NCBI GenBank assembly: GCA_041691135.1
Contig: JBEPVF010000001.1
Span: forward strand, 32,001-96,000
Length of the DNA: 64,000 nt
Source of the DNA: Candidatus Peribacteria bacterium
Lineage (GTDB): Bacteria; Patescibacteriota; Gracilibacteria; Peribacterales; Peribacteraceae
Direction of reading: 5' to 3'
In this document: positions 1 to 8,882 of the stretch, one piece after another
How positions within the stretch are numbered: the first letter of the stretch is position 1
Layout of the letters: every line of letters starts with the position of its first letter
Notes under the pieces: model-generated
What the model was told of the DNA's origin: nothing
The model's database searches: none
What the model saw: the letters and a program-made list of their open reading frames with translations, nothing else
Program-made: the position numbers and the translations under genes

Positions 1-532
1 CGTGTTCGATGATGCGCGAGCGTTCTTGTACGATACCTTTATTGTGCAAGAGAAAGGAAAGCAATGAATATTCCTTGGGCGACAGACTAATTACTTTCTT
101 CCCTTTGCGCACTTCCTGTGTATTGGTATCCAGTGTGATGTTGCCAACACTCAGACGGGGATCTTTCTCCGTGCCGTTGCGCCGCAGAAGTGCACGGACA
201 CGTGCCAGGAGTTCTTCCAGATCAAACGGCTTGGTGAGGTAATCGTCGGCGCCGATATTCAAGCCGTGCACCACTTCCTGCTGCTTGGTGCGTGCGGTGA
301 GCATGAGGATCGGCATGTTCTTCTTGTGTTCACGCAACATCGAACAGATAACATAGCCATCCATGCCCGGCAAATTGATGTCCAGAATCAGGAGATCCAT
401 ATCGATGGTCATGGCCTTCTCGAAGCCTTCTTTTCCATCGTGAGCGAGCGTGACCGCGTAATGCTCCAGTTCCAGAAACTGCTTGATGTTGTGGGCCAGT
501 TTTTCCTGATCTTCGATAATAAGGATGTGCAT
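1..532 (-). CDS. OmpR/PhoB-family response regulator (3' end runs off the window)
   Basis: Manual translation from ATG at 532: MHILIIEDQEKLA...LLILDINLPGMDG...PILMLTAR...GADDYLTKPFDLEELLARVRALLRR...LSPKEYSLL. Receiver domain plus the start of a winged helix; absent from the ORF track because it is partial. Confidence 0.95.
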   Translation of the reverse strand, partial: MHILIIEDQEKLAHNIKQFLELEHYAVTLAHDGKEGFEKAMTIDMDLLILDINLPGMDGYVICSMLREHKKNMPILMLTARTKQQEVVHGLNIGADDYLTKPFDLEELLARVRALLRRNGTEKDPRLSVGNITLDTNTQEVRKGKKVISLSPKEYSLLSFLLHNKGIVQERSRIIEH

Positions 533-556
533 GCGAGTGGGTAAATCTCTTCCTTC

Positions 557-660
557 ACTATAGGGTATCTGTATTAAGGTCACATTAAGAAGAGAATCCA
601 GCCTGGTATACAGATTTGCAAAATTGCCTTAATCTGCTCTTAATTTGCTTTCTCTATACT
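557..660. promoter_or_regulatory. Divergent promoter region with two CTTAAT-N5-CTTAAT direct-repeat boxes (OmpR-family operator-like)
   Basis: ATTAAG at 573-578 and 584-589 (CTTAAT on the minus strand) and CTTAAT at 628-633 and 639-644, each pair at 11-bp period. -10-like TATAGT (minus, 557-562) and TATACT (plus, 655-660). Confidence 0.65.
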
Positions 661-682
661 GGAAGATACTTTCCCCTCTCCT

Positions 683-1036
683 ATGAAAAAATTACATCCG
701 ATGTCTTTTGGCCTGGGTTTCGCCTCCGGCCTCGTGGTTCTGGTCGTTGTCGTCGCTGCCATGCACATGATGAGCCCCCGCGGACCCAGAGGTTTTGCCG
801 GCGGCTTCGGCGGAGGCACACAGAACGTCGGACGTATGGCGCAACGATTCGGTATGACGCAGGATGAACTGCAGAAAGAATTGGATAGCGGTAAAACCAT
901 CCAGCAGGTTGCCACCGAACATGGTGTTCAGTTTGGCGGACGCGGACAGAATCCGTCTGCTGCAGGCAATGTAAATAGTGGGACAGGCAGTGCTGCCCAA
1001 AGTTCTTCCATTACGAGCACATCATCTCATTCATAG
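683..1036 (+). CDS. Small Gly/Ser-rich membrane-anchored protein, first gene of the efflux operon
   Basis: N-terminal TM helix, Gly-rich linker and a 'GMTQDELQKELDSGKTIQQVATEHGV' helical motif; co-oriented with the MFP gene. Confidence 0.75.
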   Translation: MKKLHPMSFGLGFASGLVVLVVVVAAMHMMSPRGPRGFAGGFGGGTQNVGRMAQRFGMTQDELQKELDSGKTIQQVATEHGVQFGGRGQNPSAAGNVNSGTGSAAQSSSITSTSSHS

Positions 1037-1051
1037 TTTTTCAATTTTTGT

Positions 1052-3109
1052 ATGACCACTTCTCCACGTCGTTTGCTTACATCTTTGATGACCAGATTCC
1101 GGTCTCTGCGAAGTCGTATTCTATGGCGCAGCTACCTTGCCGGTTTTTTGATCCCCGTCGTTCTAGGCAGCGGCTACATGGCCTTTGCGCAGGGCGGGAC
1201 AACTGGCCAAACGACAACGAGTACGTCGAGTGTGCAGCGCCGCACGCTTGAATCATCGGTAAAAGCGGTCGGCAAAGTGACCTATGCCAATGAACAACAG
1301 CTGCGTTTTAATCAGAAAGGAACGGTTGCCAAAGTGAGTTTTAAACTGGGCGATCACGTTAAGGCGGGTCAGGTTATTGCCGAACTCGACAAATCGAGCG
1401 TATCGGCCGACGTGCGCTCGGCGCAGTTGTCGGTAGGTGCTAGTGCTCTTCAATTGCAGCAATTGCAATCGCAGAAATCAACGGATCTGCTGAATGCGCA
1501 GAATGCTTTGAACGATACGCAGCGTCAACTGACGGCAGCGCAAAATGCACTCGCCGTATCACAGGAGCAATTGCCGACCGCATTGGCTCAGGCGCAACGT
1601 GCTGTCCAAGACAAGCAGTCTGCTCTGCAGCAGGCGCAACTCGATCTGGTCAAAGCCAAGACGACCGAAGTGCAGAGCCTCGCCATTACATCGCAATCGA
1701 TACTCGCCTCCTCTGACGGATTGCTCGATTCGATCTACAGCGTCGTGACGCGCAGCAAGGAATCGCGGCCAACGCAGTCGAACTACGAGCTGACAGTCGA
1801 TCACTTCATGTACAACGATCCGACGATGGCCCAGCAAGTGGTGTATGACTACCTCGATGCGGTGAATGCATCGCAGAAAATGCACACGCAGTACGGTACG
1901 TCTCTGGCCACCGAACAAGATGCGGCCAAGCTCGTGCAGGCATTGGACGACTCTCAGGATTTGGCACAGAAAATTTACAAACTCGGCGAAGATACTTACC
2001 AGATGATGCAAGGCGCCGCCACTGATACATCCATCTTCACGTCGGCTGATTTGAATTCCCTTCGTTCTACCATCACATCCGACCGGTCCAAGGCGACCGA
2101 TCTGGTGAGTCAAATCCAAACCGCGCAGGCGGACCTGACAGCAGTGTCATCGTCCGGCGGCATTCCGAGTGCGACGCTCAAGCAGAAGCAGGATGCGGTG
2201 ACAACGGCTCAGAACGCGTTCTCGCAGGCGTCCGAAAATTTGCAGGTCCTTCAGACCAAAAATCCGGCCGATCTGCAGGCGCAAATTTCAGCCCTCAAAA
2301 AAACGGAGGATGATCTGAAGGCTAAGGAGGCGGCGCTGGCCATGACGTCTTCGAATGACGATGTAAGCATTAGGCTGAAGCAGAACGATGTGGCGCAGAA
2401 ATCGACATCGCTGCAGAAAACAGCCAAGGTGCTGGCGGATTACCAGCTGACCGCTCCGTTCGACGGCGTGGTCACGCATATGGATTATAAAGTGGGCGAC
2501 AATCTGCTCGATACCACCGAAGATAAATTCGCGACGCTCGAGAATCCGGATTTCATCATCGTCACCATTCCGCTTGATCAAATGGATGTCGTGCGCGTGC
2601 AAAAAGATATGCCCGCCACCGTTATCTTTGATGCTGTTCCCGGACAAACGTTCGACGGTGTGATCGACGAAATCGATTCGACGCCGATGGAACAGTCGGG
2701 TGTCGTGTCGTACAACGTGTCCGTGAAATTACCGACACCCAAGAATCTGACACTGCTCTCGGGCATGACGGCGACGGTGCAAATACAGACAAGTAAGAAG
2801 GATAATGCATTGGTTGTGCCGAATCTCGCTCTGCGATATCAGGGCAGTACTGCGACCGTACAGTTGGCCAACGGACAACGCGTGGATGTCCAGACCGGCG
2901 TGACCGATGGTCAGTACACCGAGATCACATCAGGGTTGCAGGAGGGCCAGAGCGTCGTATCGATGAATTTGCCGACCGCTTCCGCGGGTGCCGGAAACAA
3001 TCAAAACGCAGCTCAGCAGCTGTTGCGCGGCGCGGGCGGATTCGGCGGAGGCGGAGGATTCACCGTGGGTACCAGGGCAGGCGGAGGTGGCGGTAACCGT
3101 ACTCCCTAA
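1052..3109 (+). CDS. Efflux membrane fusion/adaptor protein (MacA/YknX-like) with a long coiled coil
   Basis: N-terminal TM; lipoyl-like halves 'GTVAKVSFKLGDHVKAGQVIAEL' and 'LTAPFDGVV'; C-terminal 'VQTGVTDGQYTEITSGLQEG'. Confidence 0.92.
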   Translation: MTTSPRRLLTSLMTRFRSLRSRILWRSYLAGFLIPVVLGSGYMAFAQGGTTGQTTTSTSSVQRRTLESSVKAVGKVTYANEQQLRFNQKGTVAKVSFKLGDHVKAGQVIAELDKSSVSADVRSAQLSVGASALQLQQLQSQKSTDLLNAQNALNDTQRQLTAAQNALAVSQEQLPTALAQAQRAVQDKQSALQQAQLDLVKAKTTEVQSLAITSQSILASSDGLLDSIYSVVTRSKESRPTQSNYELTVDHFMYNDPTMAQQVVYDYLDAVNASQKMHTQYGTSLATEQDAAKLVQALDDSQDLAQKIYKLGEDTYQMMQGAATDTSIFTSADLNSLRSTITSDRSKATDLVSQIQTAQADLTAVSSSGGIPSATLKQKQDAVTTAQNAFSQASENLQVLQTKNPADLQAQISALKKTEDDLKAKEAALAMTSSNDDVSIRLKQNDVAQKSTSLQKTAKVLADYQLTAPFDGVVTHMDYKVGDNLLDTTEDKFATLENPDFIIVTIPLDQMDVVRVQKDMPATVIFDAVPGQTFDGVIDEIDSTPMEQSGVVSYNVSVKLPTPKNLTLLSGMTATVQIQTSKKDNALVVPNLALRYQGSTATVQLANGQRVDVQTGVTDGQYTEITSGLQEGQSVVSMNLPTASAGAGNNQNAAQQLLRGAGGFGGGGGFTVGTRAGGGGGNRTP

Positions 3110-3118
3110 TACTGCTTC

Positions 3119-3790
3119 ATGATCACGCTGCGCAACATCACCAAATCGTATCCGCTTGGCAAAGAGCAGCTCCTGATTCTGAAAGGTGTGAGCCTGACGA
3201 TCAACGCCGGTGAATTCGTGGCCATCATGGGACCGTCCGGATCGGGCAAATCCACACTGATGAACATCATCGGTCTGCTTGATACGCCGAGCGACGGTTC
3301 GTATCTGCTGGAAAAGAAAGAAGTGGCCAATCTGAGTGAAAATGAACAGGCCGATGTGCGCAGTCGCCGCATCGGATTCGTGTTTCAGTCATTCAATTTG
3401 CTGCCGCGAATGGATGCGCTGCGCCAGGTGATGCAGCCGATGTTGTATCAGGGCGTGCACCGCACCGATGCCGAGCGCCGGGCCCGCGAAGCCCTCCACG
3501 CGGTGGGTCTGAGCGAACGCATCTCGCACAATCCCAATGAACTGTCCGGCGGACAACAGCAGCGTGTTGCCATCGCGCGGGCACTGGGAACGAATCCGGC
3601 ACTCATCCTGGCCGATGAGCCGACCGGTGCCCTGGATACTCACACCGGGGAAGAAGTGATGGGCATTCTGCGCAATCTGAATGGCCATGGAAAAACAATC
3701 GTCATGGTCACGCATGAACCGCGCGTTGCTTCGTATGCCGATCGCGCCATTCATATCCAGGACGGACTCATTCAAACTGATCACTCATGA
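3119..3790 (+). CDS. ABC transporter ATP-binding protein (MacB/LolD family)
   Basis: Walker A GPSGSGKS, signature [22 protein letters not shown]-loop VTHE. Confidence 0.97.
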   Translation: MITLRNITKSYPLGKEQLLILKGVSLTINAGEFVAIMGPSGSGKSTLMNIIGLLDTPSDGSYLLEKKEVANLSENEQADVRSRRIGFVFQSFNLLPRMDALRQVMQPMLYQGVHRTDAERRAREALHAVGLSERISHNPNELSGGQQQRVAIARALGTNPALILADEPTGALDTHTGEEVMGILRNLNGHGKTIVMVTHEPRVASYADRAIHIQDGLIQTDHS

Positions 3791-5016
3791 ATATTCTCGA
3801 GAACATCCGCAATGCGCTCGGCGCCATCGGCTCCAACAAACTGCGCTCGGCCCTTACGATGCTCGGCATCATCATCGGCGTGGCATCGGTGGTTCTGATG
3901 ATCGCCATCGGCCAGGGTGCCCAGCGCGGCGTTACCTCGCGTATCGAAAGTCTGGGGACGAATCTGATTACGGTGTCGCCCGGCAGTCCGAATCAGACGA
4001 ACGTGCGTTTCGGCGGGGGAGGGGGCGGAACGGCAAGCGCGACGCTGAAGCAGGATGATGTGACGGCGATTCAGACGGCTGTCCAGGGCATCAAAGCGAT
4101 TGAGCCGGAGTATCGGAATCGTCAGCAAGTGATTGCCGGCAGCCAAAATCTGAATACCAGCATCATCGGCACGACGCCCGAGTACCTCACCGTGCGCAAT
4201 TCGCCGCTCGCATACGGAAGCTTTATTACTGAGCAGAATCTGCTCAACGGCGATAAGGTAGCCGTGCTCGGCACGCAGACGGTGGCCAGTTTGTTTCCCG
4301 ACGATCCCAGCCCGCTTGGCAAAGACGTGCGCATCGGTACCAACATCTTCACCGTCATCGGCGTGATGCAGACCAAAGGGCAACAAGGCGTGACGAACCA
4401 AGACGACATGATCCTCATACCGCTCACTACCATGCAGCGGCGATTTGTGGGACAGGCCGTCGTCAGTTCCATTTCCGTCTCGGTCACGAATCAAAAAGAC
4501 ATGGACTTGGTGCAGCGTGAGATCACGGCAGTTCTTTTAAATGCACATGGTATCACCGACGCCAGTAAGCAGGACTTTACCGCGCTGAATCAGGCTGATG
4601 CGGTGCAGACATTGAATCAGGTGACAGGCATCTTCACGCTCCTTCTGGGCGGCATCGCCGCCATTTCGCTCCTGGTCGGCGGCATCGGTGTGATGAATAT
4701 CATGCTCGTGTCGGTCACCGAGCGAACGCGCGAGATCGGCATTCGCAAAGCCATCGGTGCCAAGAAGCGCGATATCATGCTCCAATTTTTGGTGGAATCG
4801 ATGGTACTCAGTGTATTGGGAGGAGTCATCGGCGTAGCGATCAGCCTGATCGGATCGTGGATCGTCAAGTCACAATTCAATTTGGATGCAACGATTTCAC
4901 TTTTATACGTCGTACTTGCCACGTTTTTCTCTATCGGAGTCGGTGTATTTTTTGGTATGCTGCCGGCCTACAAAGCGGCGCGTCTGCGGCCTATCGAAGC
5001 CCTCCGCTACGAATAA
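3787..5016 (+). CDS. ABC transporter permease (MacB/FtsX family)
   Basis: 'RSALTMLGIIIGVASV', 'GGIGVMNIMLVSVTERTREIGIRKAIGA', C-terminal 'PIEALRYE'; ATGA overlap with the ATPase gene. Confidence 0.97.
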   Translation: MNILENIRNALGAIGSNKLRSALTMLGIIIGVASVVLMIAIGQGAQRGVTSRIESLGTNLITVSPGSPNQTNVRFGGGGGGTASATLKQDDVTAIQTAVQGIKAIEPEYRNRQQVIAGSQNLNTSIIGTTPEYLTVRNSPLAYGSFITEQNLLNGDKVAVLGTQTVASLFPDDPSPLGKDVRIGTNIFTVIGVMQTKGQQGVTNQDDMILIPLTTMQRRFVGQAVVSSISVSVTNQKDMDLVQREITAVLLNAHGITDASKQDFTALNQADAVQTLNQVTGIFTLLLGGIAAISLLVGGIGVMNIMLVSVTERTREIGIRKAIGAKKRDIMLQFLVESMVLSVLGGVIGVAISLIGSWIVKSQFNLDATISLLYVVLATFFSIGVGVFFGMLPAYKAARLRPIEALRYE

Positions 5017-5057
5017 CATCCTCATTCTTTTCTTTATTTTTTCTCACATTCCTCATC

Positions 5058-5603
5058 ATGAAAAAAGTTCTTCTCTTCCCGGCTGCAGCCAGCCTGCTGT
5101 TGCTCGTCGCTTGCAGCGGTACTACCACGACTACGTCTACTGATGGCTCTTCTTCCACTGATACAACGATGTCCGCACCATCCGACATCGGTACTACTGG
5201 TGATGCAATGAGCGCTGACAACAGTATGAGTGATGACTCGATGTCCGCCATTAGTGAATCCAGTGATACCGAAACGTCTGATGATTCTTCCTCTGCCGCA
5301 ACATCCACTAAGCCTGTTTCTGATGTACGCGTGATCAATGTCACAGCCGACAACTTCAAATTCACGCCGAATATCATCACGGTGAAGAAGGGCGAAAAGG
5401 TGGTTGTGCATTTGTCGGATGCCAATGGTGTTCACGGTTTCGGAAGCAAGGATCTCGGTTTCAATGTGACGATCAATCCGGGTGAAACAAAGGACGTCAC
5501 GATTCCGACCGACAAAGCCGGAACCTTTTCCTTCCGCTGCACGGTTCCGTGCGGTCCTGGACACATGGATATGACCGGACAGATCATTATTCAAGAGGCG
5601 TAG
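5058..5603 (+). CDS. Cupredoxin-domain lipoprotein (CuA/COX2-C-like)
   Basis: Start at ATG 5058 (MKKVLLFP...LLLVAC lipobox), Ser/Thr/Asp linker, then HGF...FRCTVPCGPGHMDM copper-site motif. Confidence 0.88.
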   Translation: MKKVLLFPAAASLLLLVACSGTTTTTSTDGSSSTDTTMSAPSDIGTTGDAMSADNSMSDDSMSAISESSDTETSDDSSSAATSTKPVSDVRVINVTADNFKFTPNIITVKKGEKVVVHLSDANGVHGFGSKDLGFNVTINPGETKDVTIPTDKAGTFSFRCTVPCGPGHMDMTGQIIIQEA

Positions 5604-5622
5604 TTTCTATTGAGATGTACGT

Positions 5623-5655
5623 AAAAAAGAGTGACTTCTCAGTCACTCTTTTTTT
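5623..5655. terminator. Bidirectional intrinsic terminator
   Basis: AAAAAAGAGTGACT-TCTC-AGTCACTCTTTTTT perfect hairpin between convergent genes. Confidence 0.85.
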
Positions 5656-5675
5656 AATTGAAAATTGAGAATTTT

Positions 5676-7469
5676 TTAAAATTTCTGCTTCTCCCACAGT
5701 TCGTAGAATCGTCCCTTTTTCGCGTACAGTTCATCGAAGTTGCCTTCTTCGATAATCTGTCCGTTCTCCAGTACCAAAATGCGATCCATCTCGCGGATCG
5801 TCGTCAGCCGGTGGGCAATCACGACGGCCGTGACCGACTGGAAGAATTGATGGAGCGAGTCGCGGATCTTCTCTTCGGATTCCAGATCCAAATGCGATGT
5901 GGCTTCGTCCAGAAATAGCAGCTGTGGTTGCTTGTACACGGCTCGTGCGATGCCGAGGCGCTGCTTTTCGCCGCCCGAAAGCTTGATGCCCTTTTCGCCG
6001 ATAAGAGTGTCGAGGCCTTGGGGAAGTTTGTTCAGAAAATCATCGACGTGCGCGACGGCGATCGATTCCTGCAGTCGCTTCTTTTCGTTCGATGCATCCT
6101 GCGTCGCCAATACGATATTGTCCCGCAACGAGAAGTTGAAGACCTCCGTGTCTTGTAGTACAACCGCCGTGTGCTGAAACATCGATGTCCGTTTAATATC
6201 GCGCAGAGGAACGCCGTCAAACAAAATTTCGCCGTCGTAGTTCTCGTATTCTTTAAGGAGCAATTTGAACAGCGTTGATTTGCCGGCGCCCGATAAACCT
6301 ACGACACCGGTCCGTTCGCCGCGAGTAATCGTAAACGAGATGTTTTTCAAAACAGGTTTTGTTCCGTACGAAAATGACAAATTTTTCACAGTCAATTTCT
6401 TCCAATTTTTGGGAAACTCGCGTTTGCCTACCTCGCTATCGATGCCGATGGGTTCATCCAAAATCTGTTTCATGCGCCAGAAGCCGTACTTGCCGATGAC
6501 AAAATCAAGCGACACGCGCGACAGTTGATTGATGGATTCCCAGATGTAGTTGAAGTAGTTGTAGAACAGCACCAGGAATCCCACTTCATACCAACCGTGG
6601 ATGATGCCGTACACAATGTAGAACAGAATACCGAGGCGAAATATTTGTCCCCACATATTCACCACCGCGTCGCGGGTGCGGAACCAGGCGATACGTCGGC
6701 GGATAGTGAGGAACCATTGGCCAAATTTTACGCTTACCAAAGCCAAAAGTCCGTTTCCCATCCCCAGCACCTTCACGCTGCGGATGTTGTTGAGAATCTC
6801 GAATTCCAGTCCGGCCACTTCTTCCTCCATCTGCGTCGTCACATTGGCTGCCTCGCCGGCCTTACTGGTGAGATAAAATGCGATAGCGATATAGCTGACA
6901 AGAAAAAGAATCGTAAGCAGTCCGATGAGCAGATCGAAACGCGCAAGGATGAAGATCATGCCCACGAAATTGACCGCGCAGTCGATGATATTGTCGAACC
7001 AAATACGGATGACTTTATCAATGCCTTCGCCGCCCCGTTGTATGCGCTTGAGTTTATTGCCCGAGTTTTCTTTCTCGTGCCAGCGCATGTCGAGCAGCAG
7101 TAAATGTTCCAGTGTTTTTTGCATGCTACTGAGTGCCACGCGCTCGGCGGTCTGGTATCCATAGTGCGCCGCCACTTCCAGACCGATGTAATGAAATGTC
7201 GAAATGAGTGCCCAGAGCGTTCCAATCCACAGGAGCGGTGTCAGATCATCGCCCGGTTGGTACCGGGCAAAAAACGTGACGATCGATGCCAATGCGTACG
7301 GCGGATAGAGCCAGATAACCTGGCCGATAAAGCGCAACAACGATGCAAACCAGAATGAGGTTCGGTACGGACGAATCAGCGGCAGCAAATCGCGCACCAG
7401 AGCGACAGTGCCGTAGGTCGCCGATTCTTCACGTTTGTAGTATTTCACGGAGTCGGCATGGTACAGCAT
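5676..7469 (-). CDS. ABC exporter, fused permease/ATPase (MsbA/multidrug type)
   Basis: N-terminal multi-TM domain; GLSGAGKS, LSGGEKQR, FLDEATS, IAHRL motifs. Confidence 0.95.
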   Translation of the reverse strand: MLYHADSVKYYKREESATYGTVALVRDLLPLIRPYRTSFWFASLLRFIGQVIWLYPPYALASIVTFFARYQPGDDLTPLLWIGTLWALISTFHYIGLEVAAHYGYQTAERVALSSMQKTLEHLLLLDMRWHEKENSGNKLKRIQRGGEGIDKVIRIWFDNIIDCAVNFVGMIFILARFDLLIGLLTILFLVSYIAIAFYLTSKAGEAANVTTQMEEEVAGLEFEILNNIRSVKVLGMGNGLLALVSVKFGQWFLTIRRRIAWFRTRDAVVNMWGQIFRLGILFYIVYGIIHGWYEVGFLVLFYNYFNYIWESINQLSRVSLDFVIGKYGFWRMKQILDEPIGIDSEVGKREFPKNWKKLTVKNLSFSYGTKPVLKNISFTITRGERTGVVGLSGAGKSTLFKLLLKEYENYDGEILFDGVPLRDIKRTSMFQHTAVVLQDTEVFNFSLRDNIVLATQDASNEKKRLQESIAVAHVDDFLNKLPQGLDTLIGEKGIKLSGGEKQRLGIARAVYKQPQLLFLDEATSHLDLESEEKIRDSLHQFFQSVTAVVIAHRLTTIREMDRILVLENGQIIEEGNFDELYAKKGRFYELWEKQKF

Positions 7470-7537
7470 GTTGGCTTTTAGTTCACTGATTCGTTCGTCT
7501 CATAGAGAAATGTCACCCTGAGTCCCAGCTCATACAT

Positions 7538-7565
7538 AAAAAGAAGGGCACCGAATGCCCTTCTT
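7538..7565 (-). terminator. Intrinsic terminator
   Basis: AAGAAGGGCA-CCGAA-TGCCCTTCTT hairpin with a U-tract on the minus strand, just after the small gene ending at 7579. Confidence 0.75.
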
Positions 7566-7578
7566 AACGCTATTCCTG

Positions 7579-7839
7579 TTATTTTGCCGGCTGTGGCGCG
7601 GTATTGGTAGCCGGTGGCGGACTCACCTTGGGTACATTCACATTGATGTCATACTGTTGCGGCGTGCCGGTGGCTGGTGCGGTGCTGAAATTAAAAGGAT
7701 AGGCGCGGGCAAGGAACAGCGCGAATCCAGCCACAATCAGAATGAGGAGCAGAGCCACGATCCACATGCCCGATGCGTCGCTCGAGTCGGTTTCCTCGAC
7801 ATGCCGTTCCACAATTGCCGGTTGACGGATAGTTGCCAT
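7579..7839 (-). CDS. Small single-TM hypothetical protein
   Basis: ATG 7839 (MATIRQP...), one hydrophobic helix, Pro/Thr-rich tail, own terminator. Confidence 0.7.
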   Translation of the reverse strand: MATIRQPAIVERHVEETDSSDASGMWIVALLLILIVAGFALFLARAYPFNFSTAPATGTPQQYDINVNVPKVSPPPATNTAPQPAK

Positions 7840-7908
7840 AAGAAAAGAAGGGAATTGAATAAAAAGGAAAGCAGTATTGTTGACGGCGAGTATCTTGTTT
7901 TCTGTCAA

Positions 7909-8790
7909 TTAAGGCTGGCCAAGTGTGTACTTGCGTAATTGGTTTCGAAAATGTTGGTACAAATCATCATTGTTCGGAACAACTGCTTTTCGCAGGACGC
8001 ACGTGAGAGCCCTGTTTTCGATGACTTGTGTGAATTCATGATCACCCATTTTCAGCTGGGCGAGACGATCAAACGCGGCTTGCGGAGCCATGAAACCAAG
8101 CCGGCCAACACTGATCGTATCGCCGTCACAGACAAATGATCGGCGTTTAGCGTCAGCGTCAGGACGAGTGTTTGTCCTACCAGCCTGCCATACCAATGTC
8201 TGATACAACTCAGATCGATGAAAGTTTGTATCGATTGAATTGATTCTCGTTTGATTAAAGTATTCCAATTCCATGATCATGTTTGCATCTTCGTCACTGG
8301 CCGGTACGAAGCCCTGACTCTTGAAAAAATTCATCACTGGCAACTGTTGCACCGTCGCTTGCAAATGAATGGCTCTATTTCGCTTTTTCGCTGTCTCCTG
8401 AGCGCATGATTCAATTACATCCAGCATTTTCTCGCCAATCCGCGGTCCTTCCCGATGCATGATGTCCCAGAAAGTCGAATTCCCTTTCACTTTTTCTTCA
8501 ATAACGAATACGGCGTGATCCCGCTCTTCTCTTCCTTCTTGGCTGGAAAGTGCAAGCCGTAACTGTATGGTGCCGTACTCCTCGCTTGGCATAAGGGACA
8601 GGCGCAGGATTTTGGTTGGACTGCCGCCAATACGAATGCTTTCCGGGTATTGTGATTCGCCATTGAGTGCTGCCTGAATGTACTCGGCTGCCAGCTTACC
8701 TGCATCCTCTGCCGATGTTTGCCACTCGTTCAATGCGTCATACGAAAGAGACGGCTCGATAAGACTGTCTGTTGCAGACATCATTGACAT
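7909..8790 (-). CDS. Hypothetical protein, possible divergent GNAT-like domain
   Basis: 293-aa ORF; 'IGEKMLDVIESCAQ...IHLQATVQQLPVMNFFKSQGF' resembles GNAT motifs A/B. Confidence 0.6.
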   Translation of the reverse strand: MSMMSATDSLIEPSLSYDALNEWQTSAEDAGKLAAEYIQAALNGESQYPESIRIGGSPTKILRLSLMPSEEYGTIQLRLALSSQEGREERDHAVFVIEEKVKGNSTFWDIMHREGPRIGEKMLDVIESCAQETAKKRNRAIHLQATVQQLPVMNFFKSQGFVPASDEDANMIMELEYFNQTRINSIDTNFHRSELYQTLVWQAGRTNTRPDADAKRRSFVCDGDTISVGRLGFMAPQAAFDRLAQLKMGDHEFTQVIENRALTCVLRKAVVPNNDDLYQHFRNQLRKYTLGQP

Positions 8791-8882
8791 ACCGGTTCAA
8801 TGTACAGACGTCGCTTTCCATCACTAAACAGAAAGAGTAAGAAATTCACTTTTGCTCTACCTGAAGAGAAAAACTCATCGCA

